Assembly: GCA_051294375.1 (NCBI GenBank)
Contig: JBJCIZ010000368.1
Location: forward strand, 1-51,859
DNA: 51,859 nt
Source of the DNA: Paraspadella gotoi
Taxonomy: Eukaryota; Animalia; Chaetognatha
Direction: 5' to 3'
Under the pieces are notes generated by a model. It was not told where the DNA came from, ran no database searches, and saw only the letters and a list, made by a program, of their open reading frames with translations. Position numbers and translations under genes: made by a program. Positions 1-13,100 of this stretch are shown piece after piece. Each line of letters begins with the position of its first letter. Position 1 is the first letter of the stretch.

Positions 1-510
1 CTCTCTCTCTCTCTCATTATTATTTCCTTTAAAATCTTTATAGGCAAAAACGAGACGGGGTCAAGCTAAAAGAAAAAAAACATTTTCAAGAATTTCTGAC
101 TGTTTAATTAAATAAATCACNNNNNNNNNNNNNNNNNNNNNNNNNNNNNNNNNNNNNNNNNNNNNNNNNNNNNNNNNNNNNNNNNNNNNNNNNNNNNNNN
201 NNNNNNNNNNNNNNNNNNNNNNNNNNNNNNNNNNNNNNNNNNNNNNNNNNNNNNNNNNNNNNNNNNNNNNNNNNNNNNNNNNNNNNNNNNNNNNNNNNNN
301 NNNNNNNNNNNNNNNNNNNNNNNNNNNNNNNNNNNNNNNNNNNNNNNNNNNNNNNNNNNNNNNNNNNNNNNNNNNNNNNNNNNNNNNNNNNNNNNNNNNN
401 NNNNNNNNNNNNNNNNNNNNNTAATAATACGACACAGTTACAATACATAAGTACAATATTTTTTTTTTTTTAATTTTTTTTTTTCTCGAGGATATCTTTG
501 TATTTTTCTT
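1..510 (-). repeat. Copy of the polB-downstream block (reverse complement of about 18923-19285)
   Basis: ctctcattattatttcctttaaaatc...gaccccgtctcg and ctcgaggatatctttgtattttt match 18923-19285 inverted. Further copies occur at about 1945-2275 and 7510-7900. Confidence 0.9.
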
Positions 511-2289
511 TAACAAGAGAAGTATGATCCGCGGCTACTCTCTGATTCCAGAGCACCGACACACGGTTTAAAAAAAATAAATTTAACTCCACACCAAAGC
601 TGCGCGTAAACATCGCCGCAGACTGGTGTTCCTACTCTAAGTCAGTTATAAGATACATACAGATACAGATGAGACATCAATAATTTTCAGCGCAGAGTTT
701 TGGATGGTTACCAAACACATATACGAGAGACACAACATATACATTAATTGTTCATAGATATAGATATATAGATACATAAGACGCTTTTATTCTTTCATTC
801 TCATTTGCATTTAGGTCAGATCTAGTATCTACCGATAAACCCGCAGCGCAGGGCAGAAGGAATGTTGAGCTCGCTTTCTCCGACCGCGCCGCCAACTGTA
901 CTAATGAAGTGCAATTAGTGGTTGGGCCTAATCGGATATATATAGGTAATTTTCTCGCAGACACCCAAGGGACCCTCGAGCATTATTAAGATGCTATTAA
1001 GAAAGGGTAGACAATGATTAATACCCTGTCAATCGCTCTACCTTCACTCCTTCCGTCTCTCTTGGTCAACAAGTCCGATAGCTGCGCGCCATTGCATAGT
1101 TCTCCATACTCTTAAAGACTATGTCACAAGAGACTAGAAGAGACTCCGCAGGAACGCCATGGAGAGATCCAGCGCGGCCGTTAAAAATAAAAAAAATCAT
1201 ATTTAAAAAACTTAGTTAATCATTGAGGTGCGTATATGTTTGGTGGGAATCATTAATTAATTAAATTAATTTATTTTGGTTCTGGTAATTTTATAAAAAA
1301 ATACGTTTTTGTAATAGTTTTTTTCTAAAATTTTGGTGGTATTTTTTTGTATTATTAATAATAAAAAGAAATTGGGGTAGTAAAAGTATTTTAAAAAACT
1401 TGTTTTTCTTTTGTCTGGTCCGCCATTTTATATTAAAGTAATGAGCCGACTTAATAAAAACCTAGTTAAAAAAAAAATCGAGTTGACAGGCCGCAAAGGA
1501 CGGCAAGATGAAAGCCGAGACTCCCTTCGCTTGCTGGCAATTTTAAATCATTTGCTCGGAATAAGCGCCCGGCAAATGGATGAAATAGCTATCGAACGAA
1601 TGCTTAGAGTATCCTGGTGCTTAATATAGGATACATTATATACAATGTAGGTATCTAACATAAAATAGAAGTTGGTATATTTATTTAATATTTATAAGAC
1701 TGCTAGTCCGACCAAGTTATAATAAATATTAATAATTTAATTAGGTAATTTAAGATGAGAATAGGCACATCACAGATAGGAGGAGAGAGCATTATTACAT
1801 AAGGAGAGGATATATAAATATATAAGGAGTATAAGACAGGAGAACGAGTAGCCAGAACATCTTTATCCGAACGTTTTTAAGGATTAGCTCCTCCTCTCTT
1901 CTTCTCATATCATAATATATATATTCATAATAATCATATTATGGACAAACAGAGACCGGGGTCAGCTAAAGAAACTATATTTTCAAAGAATTTCTGACTG
2001 GTTTATTATTATAAAATCACATAGATTGGAAATTAAAATTGATAATTACTATATAGTTTGTTGATAAACTAAATTACAAGGTGAAATTTAATGATATTTA
2101 CCAGTGACAATAGTATGGGTACCATGTTTTATCCAGTTACACGGAGTCACGGTACAGAGTTTATAGTAGTTACCGAGAACAATACATAATAGCGACCACA
2201 GTTACCAATCCATAAGTACAAATTGTTTTATTTAATTTTTTTTTTTTCTCGAGGATATCTTTGTATTTTTCTAATTTTTTCTGGCATCT

Positions 2290-5038
2290 GAATACATATG
2301 TAACTCTTTCTAAAATTTAATTTCTGGATGATTAAAGGGAGGATTTTGAAGGGCATTTAACAGAAGATAAAATTTAAAATGCGCATGGGATTTAACAAAA
2401 CTTTTTTTTGGACAACTCAATTAAAATAAAATCATATGGGCCCGTTGGCCTAACAGTAATGAAGCAAGATTTAGNNNNNNNNNNNNNNNNNNNNNNNNNT
2501 ATATTGTGTAGTCTGAAAATATAAACTCTTTACATAGTCAGATATACCAACATTTGCAGCTGCTGTACTATTCAAACCTTTCAATCTAATTTTTTTGTTA
2601 AAACATTTTTTTTTATAATTAAATGTTAATAAGCTAATAAGCTTAGCCTTTTAAACAACAAATGGCCAAGCTATGATGATCTTTTGCTAGATCATTTTTA
2701 AATTTTCCATTTACTTTTTCGTTGTTTTTTTTCTTGAAATTTTTTCTTGTAAAGAGCAGATGTTTTTGTTTCTTCATTACGCGAGCGTAAAATATGGATG
2801 ATCCAGCGAAAATATGCTAAGTTTAGAACGTTTCTAATATTTTATATAACTTACTAAAAGACTTATAAAAAAGATGATGTCACCATGAAATTTTTTGAGA
2901 ATAAATAAGCCATTGGATTATCGACCGCAAGTCCGTATCAATGCCTACTATTACACTAACGTTAGGCTTAGCATTTGGATGCACCCTAAAACTTAGGTAA
3001 TATAAGCTCATGTAAAATTTAATTCTTGCAGAATATAATTTACTTTAATTCAAGAGATTGGCCATTCCAACCATAGACACAATCATCAGAGACGAAAACC
3101 TTTTATTAAAAGATTAGAGTAGATACAGCTTTCGGACAAAATCCATGGCTTGCTCGATGAAAGAGCTGATCGCAAAATTATATTTTTAATGCTGTTTGAC
3201 TTACTATAAATTTATAATATTAAGTCTATTACTTCTTATTAGATATCGTTTTTCCGTAGAAACCTTGGACAATAGTTTTATATTGGTTGCTTTATTTTAA
3301 TCAATTACTATAATTTTTCCCTAAGATCGATATTCGTTGATATAAATTTGTTCGAAATAACACCGCCTGGCGAAAAAAAAATAAAAAAAAAAAAAAAATT
3401 AATAAAAAAACAAAAAAAAAAAAATAAAAAAAAAAAAAAATATTTGTTGTATGGCGAAAGCAATTGTAACTCACTTTGGAATAAAGAGAATATATTTTAA
3501 AAAAAACAAAATGTATAGATAATTTTTTTTTTTATATTAAAATTTCTACAATTTACATTTTGGACCTGGAGTATTTTGTTGTCCTTATGACAGTTTTTTG
3601 CAGAGAATCTTAGTAAACGTAGAAGAGGAGAAGTTTCTTCAGGGTCATATAGTTCTACTTTCTCTCGCTAACCGTGTGGGAAAGTTTGTGAAAGTAAAAA
3701 TTGTTAGATTGATCTGTATATGGAAAGAATCCACATTAACAAAATAGCCCTATAAGGACGCAAATTATCAATGTTATTAACCTGAATTATTTTTTAAAAA
3801 AACATTATTTTTAAATGTTTCTTTTAACTCCTTGACCTCTAAGCATATCTAAGCCCGCAACATAACGGTAATTTATATTTTAACAAAATACTAGCTATGC
3901 TAATAAAGCCAGTTAATCATACGAGTGGTTTAAAATTGAACTGCCTATCATAATTTATTATGATCATAATGACTTTCAAACCTCGCCAGATGTCATTCTT
4001 GTTTCTTCCAGATTGCACTCTTCTTCGCTTTACCGCGTGATTTCGCTTAGAGGGCACGGGCGTCCAGATTAACTTTTTAATTTGATAACAACGCTCTTTG
4101 AGCCTCATCTAAAAAGTTTATCACTTTATTTTACCTTATTTCTCTGGGATAGGCTCTGTAATTTACATTATCAGACATCTAAGCGGAAAAAAAATTTATC
4201 ACAAAATGCGCACTGTAAAATCTCCACGAATAATGAATATTCTTTATTATCTTTATAAATACATTGATCTAATACAATCTAATTTTACATTAGTCACCCG
4301 TGTGCTTACAGGCGTCGGGAATGTCAACCGCCCGCTTTAGAGCATAAATAAAACGAGTATATATCGCAGCCTTAATAATATTTATAATAACTCTTTTTCG
4401 TAAGATTCACAAAATTAATCTATTTTATATAATAAAAATCCATTTTGATTATATATTTTTGTAATATTCAGATAAATTTTTACATTTTTAATTAGTTTTT
4501 ACATGTCACCCTCATGTGTCTTCTTTTGAAATGTTTTTTCGCTTTAAGCCCTAGAAACATAAAATTGTTTGTGTGAGTAGAAAACTCCAGTTTGTTGTAG
4601 AAGCAATTCACAGCCGTCTAAAAAAATTAACGATAAAAAATACACACCTATTTGCCAAAATTTTATGAAATTGTTTTACCAAAATTATCGGATAGCAGAA
4701 AGACATGAGTATAAAAAAAAAAGAATTCTTTAGTTTTTCATAACAAGAATCACAAAGAGGCTCCGATGTTTTTTTTTCTCTGCAACCTTTGCAAGTATTA
4801 CTCTCAAAAAGCTTAGTCACTAAAGAATCCAAGCTCTGATAACTAAAATAATTAGCACTGTCTAAAAACTTTATTGGCCTTAGTTTTTTACACTCTTTAC
4901 AAGCCCTTGATCTTTCATTATTTATAAAACAACGAATTTTTTTCCCTTTAAGGTTGTCCACGTGCTCATTATCCCCGTTATCGTCGTCGTCGTCATCATC
5001 GTCGGCATCCATCTTAGAGAAGTCAAGCACGGATTCAA
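2290..5038 (-). CDS. POLB: Protein-primed family B DNA polymerase (Maverick pPolB), C-terminal part, frameshifted copy 1
   Basis: KFLDSANYFSYQSLDSL (exonuclease region), IRG(G), SVIVGIDTD (motif C, about 2930-2960), GKFK and RLKG. It is the reverse complement of the plus-strand copy. Confidence 0.85.
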
Positions 5039-5139
5039 NNNNNNNNNNNNNNNNNNNNNNNNNNNNNNNNNNNNNNNNNNNNNNNNNNNNNNNNNNNNNN
5101 NNNNNNNNNNNNNNNNNNNNNNNNNNNNNNNNNNNNNNA

Positions 5140-7490
5140 GGTTGCAGAGAAAAAAAAACATCGGAGCCTCTTTGTGATTCTTGTTATGAAAAACTAAAGA
5201 ATTCTTTTTTTTATACTCATCGTTTTTGCTATCCGATAATTTTGGGTAAACTTTATTTTCATAAATTTTTGGCCAAAAGGTGTATATTTTGATGATTTTT
5301 TAACGGTGTGAATGTTTTACAACAAACGAGTTTCCTACTCCACGAACAATTTTATTTCTAGGCTCAAAGCGAAAAAACATTCCAAAAGAAGATAATCACG
5401 CGGTCGATATGTATAAACAATTAAAATGTAAAAATTTATCTCTGAATATACAAAATATATAACTCAAATGGATGTTTTATATATAATAGATGCTAATTTG
5501 TAATCTTAGAAGAAGGTTATATAAATATTATAAGCTGGATATAACTCGTTATTTATCTCTAGCGGCGTTTGCATTCGACGCCTGTTAAGCCACGGAACTA
5601 ATGTAAAATTAGATTGTATTAGATCAATTGTTATTTATAAAGATATAAGAAATATTATTCGTGGAGGATTTTCAGGCATTTTTATAAATTTTTCGCAGAG
5701 TTCTGATAAGTTAATTACAGAGCCTATCCCAGAAGAAATAAGTAAAATAAGTGATAAACTTTTAGATGAGGCTCAAAGAGCGTTTTGTTATCAAATTAAA
5801 AAGTTTGACCCGCCCTCTAGCGAAATCAGCGGTAAAGCAGAAGAAGAGCAATCTGAAGAAACAAAAGACATCTGGCGAGGTTTGAAGTATTATGAGTCAT
5901 ATAAATATGATAGCAGTTCAATTTTACCACTCGATATTAACGCTTTATATGCTAGTATTTTGTTAAAATATAAATTACCTTATGGCGGGCTTAGATATCT
6001 TAGAGGTCAAGAGTTAAGAAACATTAAAAATGAATTTTTTAATAATTCAGGTAATAACATTGATAATTTTGGTCCTATAGGCTATTTTGTTAATGTGGAT
6101 CTTTCATATACAGATAAATCTAAATTTTTATTTCAAGCTTTCCCACCGTTAGCAGAAAATAGAACTATAGACCCTGAAGAACTTTCTCCTTTTACTAAGA
6201 TTCTCATGCAAAAAACTGTGCTCGCGGATACACAAAATAGCCTGGTCCAAAATTCCCATTGCCGTAGATTTTTATCACTCTCAAGAAAAAATATATCTTA
6301 GTGACCATTTTGTTCCTTTTTTTATAAATATCTTTTACCTTAAGGAGGGTGTTAAATGCTTTCCGTATCCCAACAAAATAATTTTTTTGCCACAGGGGCG
6401 TGTAATTTCGGAAAAATTTTCTCTCACAAGACGTGGCAATATTTCGTTCGTGTTAGCGGGAAACAACACGCAGTGATATCAGGTAGAATAATTGTAGTCA
6501 AAAAACTACACACAGGGCCCACATATAAGCGCGTATTGTCCCAAGCTTTCTACAGGCGAAACGATATTTAATAAAGTAAATCAGGACTAAATTATAAATT
6601 TATAGTAAGGTCAAACAGCGCGGTTAATGATAATTTCGGTTCCATTCATTCTCTTTCATTCGAGCAGCAATCCTGATTTTGCCGAAAGCTGTATATTACT
6701 TCGTAAAATCCTTCTTAATAAATAAGGTTTTCGTCTCGATGATTGTGTCTATGGTTGGAATGCAATTCTTTGAATTAAAGTAAATTATTATCTGCGAATT
6801 TAAATTTACAGACTGAGTTATAATTACCCAAAGTTTTCAGGGTTTGCATCCCAAATGCTAACAACTGTTAGTGTAATAGCTAGCTTGTACGGATTCAGGT
6901 CGATAATCTCAATGCTTATTTATTCAGAAAAAGTTCATGGTGAATCATTTTTTATAAGTCTTTAGCTAAGATTATATAAAATATTAGACGTTTCTGAACT
7001 TAGATCCTGATCATCCATATTTTACGTGTAATGAAGAAACAAAAACACTCTCTTTAGAATATCAAAAAAAAACGAAAAAGTAAAATGGAAAATTTAAATA
7101 GATCTAGCAAAAGATCACATAGCTGTACGAATTTGTTGGTTTAAAGCCTAAAGCTTATTAGCTTATTAACATTTAAATTTGATTAACAAAAAAAACATTG
7201 TTTTAACAAAAAAAATTAGATTGAAAGGTGTTGGATAGTAAGGGCAGCTGCAAATGTTGGTATATCTGACTATGTAAAGAGTTTATATTTTTCAGACTAC
7301 ACAATATACTAAATCCTTGTTCATTACGTAGCCAACGCATATGATGTATTTAATTGAGTTGTTCTAAAAAAGAGTTTATAATCTCATGCGACTTTAAAAT
7401 TTTATTCTGTTAATTGCCGTTTCAAAAATCTTTCCCCCTTTAGACATCAGTCATACATATAATTTTTAGAAAGAGTTACAAATGATTATA
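5140..7490 (+). CDS. POLB: Protein-primed family B DNA polymerase (Maverick pPolB), frameshifted copy 2
   Basis: YKLDITRYLSLAAFAFDA (about 5530-5580), NIIRGGFS (about 5655-5675), motif A LDINALYA...KLPYG (ORF 5882-6301), GYFVNVDLSY, EFVGLKPKAY (about 7129-7158) and RLKGV. Confidence 0.9.
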
Positions 7491-7509
7491 CGATGCCCAG
7501 AAAAAAATT

Positions 7510-9690
7510 AAAGAAAAATACAAAGATACCTTTGAGAAAAAAAATAAATAAATAAAAAATAAATATTGTACTTTCTGTATTGTAACTGTGTCGTTGCATT
7601 AATAGTGCTCTCTGTAACCAATATAACGGACTATCGTGACCTCGTGCCTCTGTAGATCTGCGTATAACATAACTATGTAGGCCATGTACCCATGTAACTA
7701 TCAGTATATTTAAATTTCACCTTGCTAATTTATTTAATATATAATGTAACCATAGTTAATTCAATACTGCATTTATTAATTTGAATTCTAGTGATTTTAT
7801 TTTAATTAAACAGTAGCAAATTCTTGAAAATGTTTGTTTTTCTTTTAAGCTTGACCCTGGTCTCGTTATTTTAGCCTATAAAGATTTTAAAGGAGAAAAT
7901 AATTGGATATGGAATCATAGATAATAGATGACGAGGTGAGAGAGGAGAGTCGGTCAAAGAGGTAAGAAGACGAGAGGGCTGAAGAACGGCCGGATGTGCC
8001 GTGAACAGGAAAGAGAACTTCAGATGAGTCGATTGGAGAGCAGGAAAGAGAATTTGCGAGGGAAGAGAAACTGCTGACGGTGCGCATAGGAAATTGAATA
8101 GTCCTGAATCGAAAAATAGGAAAATTATTGTTTAAATTTATAATGACTAAATATAAATAATGAGAAAGATTATAGATGACTAAAAAATATCAATTACACC
8201 TTTAAAAACCAAGAATAGAAAGTGGAATAACAAAGATAATTGGCGTATAAACTAAACTCACCAACGCTGAGGACCTCGTCATGTGCCGATCCCTGGATGG
8301 CCCGATCCCTCACTGAACATTTTCTTTCTGACTCAGTACGAACTCCAAATGCGGAATCCACCTCGCAACCTTTTTGCGGGCCCAGACTTTGCCTCTTCTT
8401 CTTCCTCCAGTCGGCGTCCGTAAGCGCTGCGTTCTTATGAGAGCCGGCATCCCGGTATTAGAGACTGGGCGCTCCCCCTTCCCGATCCCCGGCAATTCGT
8501 GTGCCGCCTTACACCCCAAATGTTGAGCCCCGAATGTCCCTCTTCCTTCTTCCCCGGTGAATCTGCCCGAGGGTCGGCTCGTTTGAGTACGATAATATTG
8601 AATAAATAATCACAACCTTTAGTTAGTTAGTTATGTTAGCGCTTATATGTAGAGTATAAGATCCCCATGCCGGTAAGCCCACAGGGGATACTGTAACAAG
8701 CCCGCTCTCCCGTTATATTGCTATTTCCAGTGGCAGTGGCTCCCGCCGGTGGCGGAGGTACTGCCGCCGAGCAAAATTCATTAGAAAATTGCAGCAAGCG
8801 TGAGAAGGTAGTTCCTGGCTATTCCGCTCTGTGCCGGCTACGTCCGCGCGGGATGCTTATTCTCGCACACTCCTCGATTTTTTTTTAACCTAGTTTTTTT
8901 ATTATGTGCCCGATTATTACGTGCGGCACGTCCGACCCTCTTAGAGATTAAAGATGGTGACGCCAGACCAAAGAAAACAAGTTTTAAAATACCTTATTAC
9001 TACAATGTGCTACTTTTTCATATAAATTGAGATCTTATAATACAAAAAAAGCTGAAAAATTTATGGGGGAGAGATGTGTGACACGATTACACTAAACAGA
9101 CCTTTTTTTTAGGTTAAAATACCAGAACAGAAGAATAAAATTAATGTAATGAATTAAGCTAGACTTATTAATAGTTACTTGCGAACAAAACAGTATACCA
9201 CAATGGCTCTCATACTAAGTGTTCTTTATTTGTCGGAATTATATTGTATGTACAATTGTTTTATTTTGTATATATCAGTTTTTTTATTTTTTTTAATTTT
9301 TTTACATTTCTATTTTAGGAGAGTGGCGCTTCTCTCTGATAGAGTCTGATATATATCTCGCATCGCATGATTCTCTCCTTTGGTCCGCCTCCGCTTCAGT
9401 GACGTTATTACTCTGCATTTAACTCTCTACATGCAAGCAATTTTTAAGCACCGAAAGTACCGATTTCTACTATTCGCTCTAATAGCTACTAATATTGTGG
9501 CACGAGCTGTTCCGATAGACACTATCCAGCTTTAAACCTAAAATAAAACATTGGTGTGCAATAAATAATATAAATTTAAAAAAATGGTGTTTGGGCGTGA
9601 GACATATGTGTTTTTACTATTAGACAGTCTTTCTGTGAACAAGCGGCAGTGGTCGAGAACCATAATAATAAATCGCACGCACCTACTTGT
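7510..9690 (+). repeat. Noisy direct copy of block 18923-20245
   Basis: Shared strings in the same order, e.g. aaagaaaaatacaaagata, caaatgttgagcc, cagacaaagaaaacaagttttaaaatac and aaaataaaacatt. Confidence 0.85.
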
Positions 9691-10163
9691 TCTGTAAGCC
9701 TTACCAGAGGCTCCGAGCTACTTATGGCCTGACTCATACTAGAGACACAAGCGGATAATGTTCAAGAAAGAGAAGGAATAGAATAGATAGTTCACAAAGA
9801 CACAGTCTCCTAATGTAATTTCTATAGCTTTAATAACTCTCATTGCGTCTCTCCGCGAAGTTAGTATAGTGACTGTAGAGCCAGTTAAAAAGAGGCGCGG
9901 AACCGAGGGCAGAATGAGAGAGAAGATTCGTGCGCGCACTTGCGAACGCGCGAGAGCGGTCGACAGAACGGCAATGTGGAATGTGGGGTTCTGCTGTTTT
10001 TTGCCTGGCAAAAGTGACGCAGAACAGACATTCAGCACTTCCGAGCATGGTCCTGCGGGGTCATTGGGCTTGGCGGACTCCATCTGAAATTACGGGACTC
10101 ATTGTTTAAATATAATAACTTAATATATTTTTTAGTAACAAAATAATATATACACTAAAATAA

Positions 10164-13100
10164 TTAAAACATTAATACGGTTAACAGAGTAGTCTCTCTT
10201 AACCTTATATAGCGTCCGCCACTATAGAGTTTCGACGTCGTTCCTCGTCCTGCCAGCTTCGATCCTCTGCACCAAAAGACGCGATTCGCCTTCTCCGCCT
10301 CCATCGCCCTCGATCTCCCGGCAAAGGCCAGCGTCGGAGCTGGCGCATGGTGGCAGAGTTCGCAGAAGGAGTGGAGCGGAGCCGGAGCCGGATGGGTGGA
10401 CCGCTCGTGCGTGAGGAAGATGGCCGAAAAGAGAAAACGCTGATGCAGCCATGTGGAGAGACAGGTGGAATCTCGTTGGCACGACTGGCATTCCGGAGGC
10501 GCCGAGATTCGAGCGAAGCCCACGGATGAAAGTCCCGACGTATAAAAATGTTAATTAGTCGACTCTGAACTATAAGAACGTAAGAATGTCGATCGTTTAG
10601 GAGGACAAAAGTTATTTAAACGTCGCCGCCTGTCAGTATGTGTGTATCTCGATTCTTTCAGCGAGCCAGCGAATCAAGGAAGTGCTCTCAGATTCAATGG
10701 ATTCCCAATCATCGGATCATCATCATCACTCCTGTCCCGTTCGAAAGCTGAGTACGCAGACGAGATGACGAGGACTGAAGAGAATCGGACACACCACTCA
10801 AAAGGAAAAATCTCCTTCGTCGTCCCTAAAGACCCTCGGTGCGATAATGAATAGACGAGAGAGCGAACCGCACTACCAAAGGCTATCCGCCGGCTAAGAA
10901 GGTGCCTCTTGAACGCACTCTGGGTTCGGAGGCCAGTTTTCTTATTTCTCGTCGTCCAGAGTCGTGATCTCACGGTCGATCAAGAAAATGACCCAATTGA
11001 TTTCGGGTTTTTTTGGGGTTTTCCAAGGCGAGGGACGCCGGACCTATTATTGTTAGTGTAAGAGTGTATGGCTCTGAGCATATGTAATTGTTGGCTATAA
11101 GGTGATGAAATGTATTGAAAAGAAGGCCGTGTCACGAGAGCGCATAAGCGCGAGGCTAATGCAAGAGCCGAAGTTCTAATTTTTTTTACTCATTAAGACA
11201 AAGGACAAATATTCTTGGTCGGAATGAATAACGCGTTCGGACAAATGGAGACAAAATTAGTTGTGATAGGCGACAGTTGTTTAAGCGAGAGATTATATCT
11301 CTCGACTCTTGAACTACATATAGAACGATAGACACGCAGTGTCCTGGACTCGCGCGGAGGCGGATCTCCGGATTCTCGCGAGTGTACCATTTCAAGCAGG
11401 AGTTCCTCTTTTTCACGGTTGCCTCTCGGGGCCACCGTATGTCGCTGCTGACCTTAAGGCCGCATCTCTTCACGAGATATACATAATTCTTTGCCGCTCG
11501 AACTTCGTCAGTCTAAAGCTGTTCGTCATCTCTAAAAACAGAGCGAAAGCTTTCCTGAATCTATTTGTCTCTTCGAAAAGGAACACCATTTTTCACAGAC
11601 AAGGCGCCCTTACACTAGAGAAGCTCTAAAAGTCCATATCTCAATACAGAAAATATAAAAAGTGGGATGGACCGATCTGTATATGGATGTTCTTTAAGGC
11701 AAGTCGTTATTTAACGCACATATTCAAATTATGTCCTAAGAACGTATTGGAATCTCGGCTAAGTTGTTTAGTTGATTGGTGTTATAATAGGTTGTTCGTG
11801 TGTATAGATATAGCCAGAATAAACGAGAAGGTTCTTTTCCGTTGCTCATACTTGCAACCCTAATCCCCGGGTCGTGGAAATTCATATAGGATAAATGATT
11901 TGTCGGTAAGTTTGGCTGCTGGCTCCACTGGATCTCGCCGTCTCGTCCGGTCTCAGCTCGTGATACCCCGTAGCCTCCTCCGTATGTCGTTGTAAACGCC
12001 TCGAACTCAATCATGGAACACCTTCCGTTCCAACTCCTTCGTCTCGCTGCGCAGAAGAATAATACTCTACGGCGTAGAGGGCGCGAGTCCGGTACGCGAC
12101 GCACGACTGGAATCTTCGGCGACCGCGAAGTCGTTTTCGTCGTGGTCCGCCTCGTTAACCGCGATACCGCCGCTTCGGTCGTCCGCGGGTTGATGTTCTC
12201 CGTGCGGGACGGATTCCTCGGTCATCTCCGACGGTCTCAGAATGCTCGTCGGTCGAGGCGCCGCTGCGATTGTTCTCTTCCGCTCGGATACGAGTATCGT
12301 CGGCCTATCAACGACCAGTGGAAATCAAAGAGCGATGGCGTTGGGAGTTCTTCGTATGACGTCGAGACCGAGCTTATCGTCCTATTCGAGATAGGAGAGA
12401 CGATATCGATTCTCCTCGAGAAGTGATGCGGTAAGTCGGGAGGATCGCATTTGTGACCGGACCGACGCGGAGGGGTCCCGCCTTATAAGATGCTTTACTG
12501 CCAGCCGTCCGAATAGTGTGTCGTCACCGCGCAGTGGGAAGCGACCCGCAGAAGGCGAGCAGCGCAGCCCGCTCCGCGCCCACGCGCATCTGCTCGCCTC
12601 CGCTGTCAGATTTCGCAATGTAGCAGGATACGCCGATCCCGAATTGCCATCTGTGAATTTAAATAGGGTCAATGTTGTTAATCAATGCTCTATTGTTCGC
12701 TGGAAGGAACGCCGACCTGAATTCTACACGCTGTCCATATCGTTCTTTCTTTGTGCCTCTTATAGTCACCACTTGGGGCTCAGAGCAGCCGTCCGGTGAG
12801 CCTCTAATTGGGTGAAGTGTTGGGGTTGCTTGTTTGTCTCTCCAGGGGGCCACGAGTGGGCCATACAGCGTGGATGCGCTCGTGCTTGCGGGCCGCCGGG
12901 TTGCGCGGGAAACAGGCGGGAGACGTTGCGGTTAGAATCGCGCGTGGCCGACGTATCGCGACGGTTGTGCGTGCACTGCCTGGCTCTCGGGCAGCGCGCG
13001 CGCCAACAAAAGATAACAACGGACCGTGAATGGTGTTTATCCTCACCTCACCGGCAACCCTGGGCTGTCTGACAAATATATCTTCCCTAGCCGCCTCCCA

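Larger units (their letters stand above)
1185..9330. repeat. About 4 kb inverted duplication (1185-4790 versus 5140-9330) centred on an N gap
   Basis: The polB sequence and flanking blocks read as reverse complements across the 5039-5139 gap (e.g. GCREKKTSEPLCDSCYEKLK on both strands), with independent indel noise in each copy. Confidence 0.9.

Noticed and set aside
510-1180. Sequence at 510-1180, 1640-1940 and 7900-8230 interrupting otherwise collinear repeat copies
   Set aside because: It is absent from the cleaner copy and has no recognisable motif, so it is probably low-quality read segments.
10164-12400. RAG2-like gene (Kelch repeats plus acidic hinge plus PHD), suggested by YGG, GDPPPR/GH, DDDD and the PHD next to RAG1L
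   Set aside because: The same stretch contains a full ordered set of hAT transposase motifs, which explains it better. The Kelch-like words fall in alternative frames, and the orientation is tandem rather than convergent.
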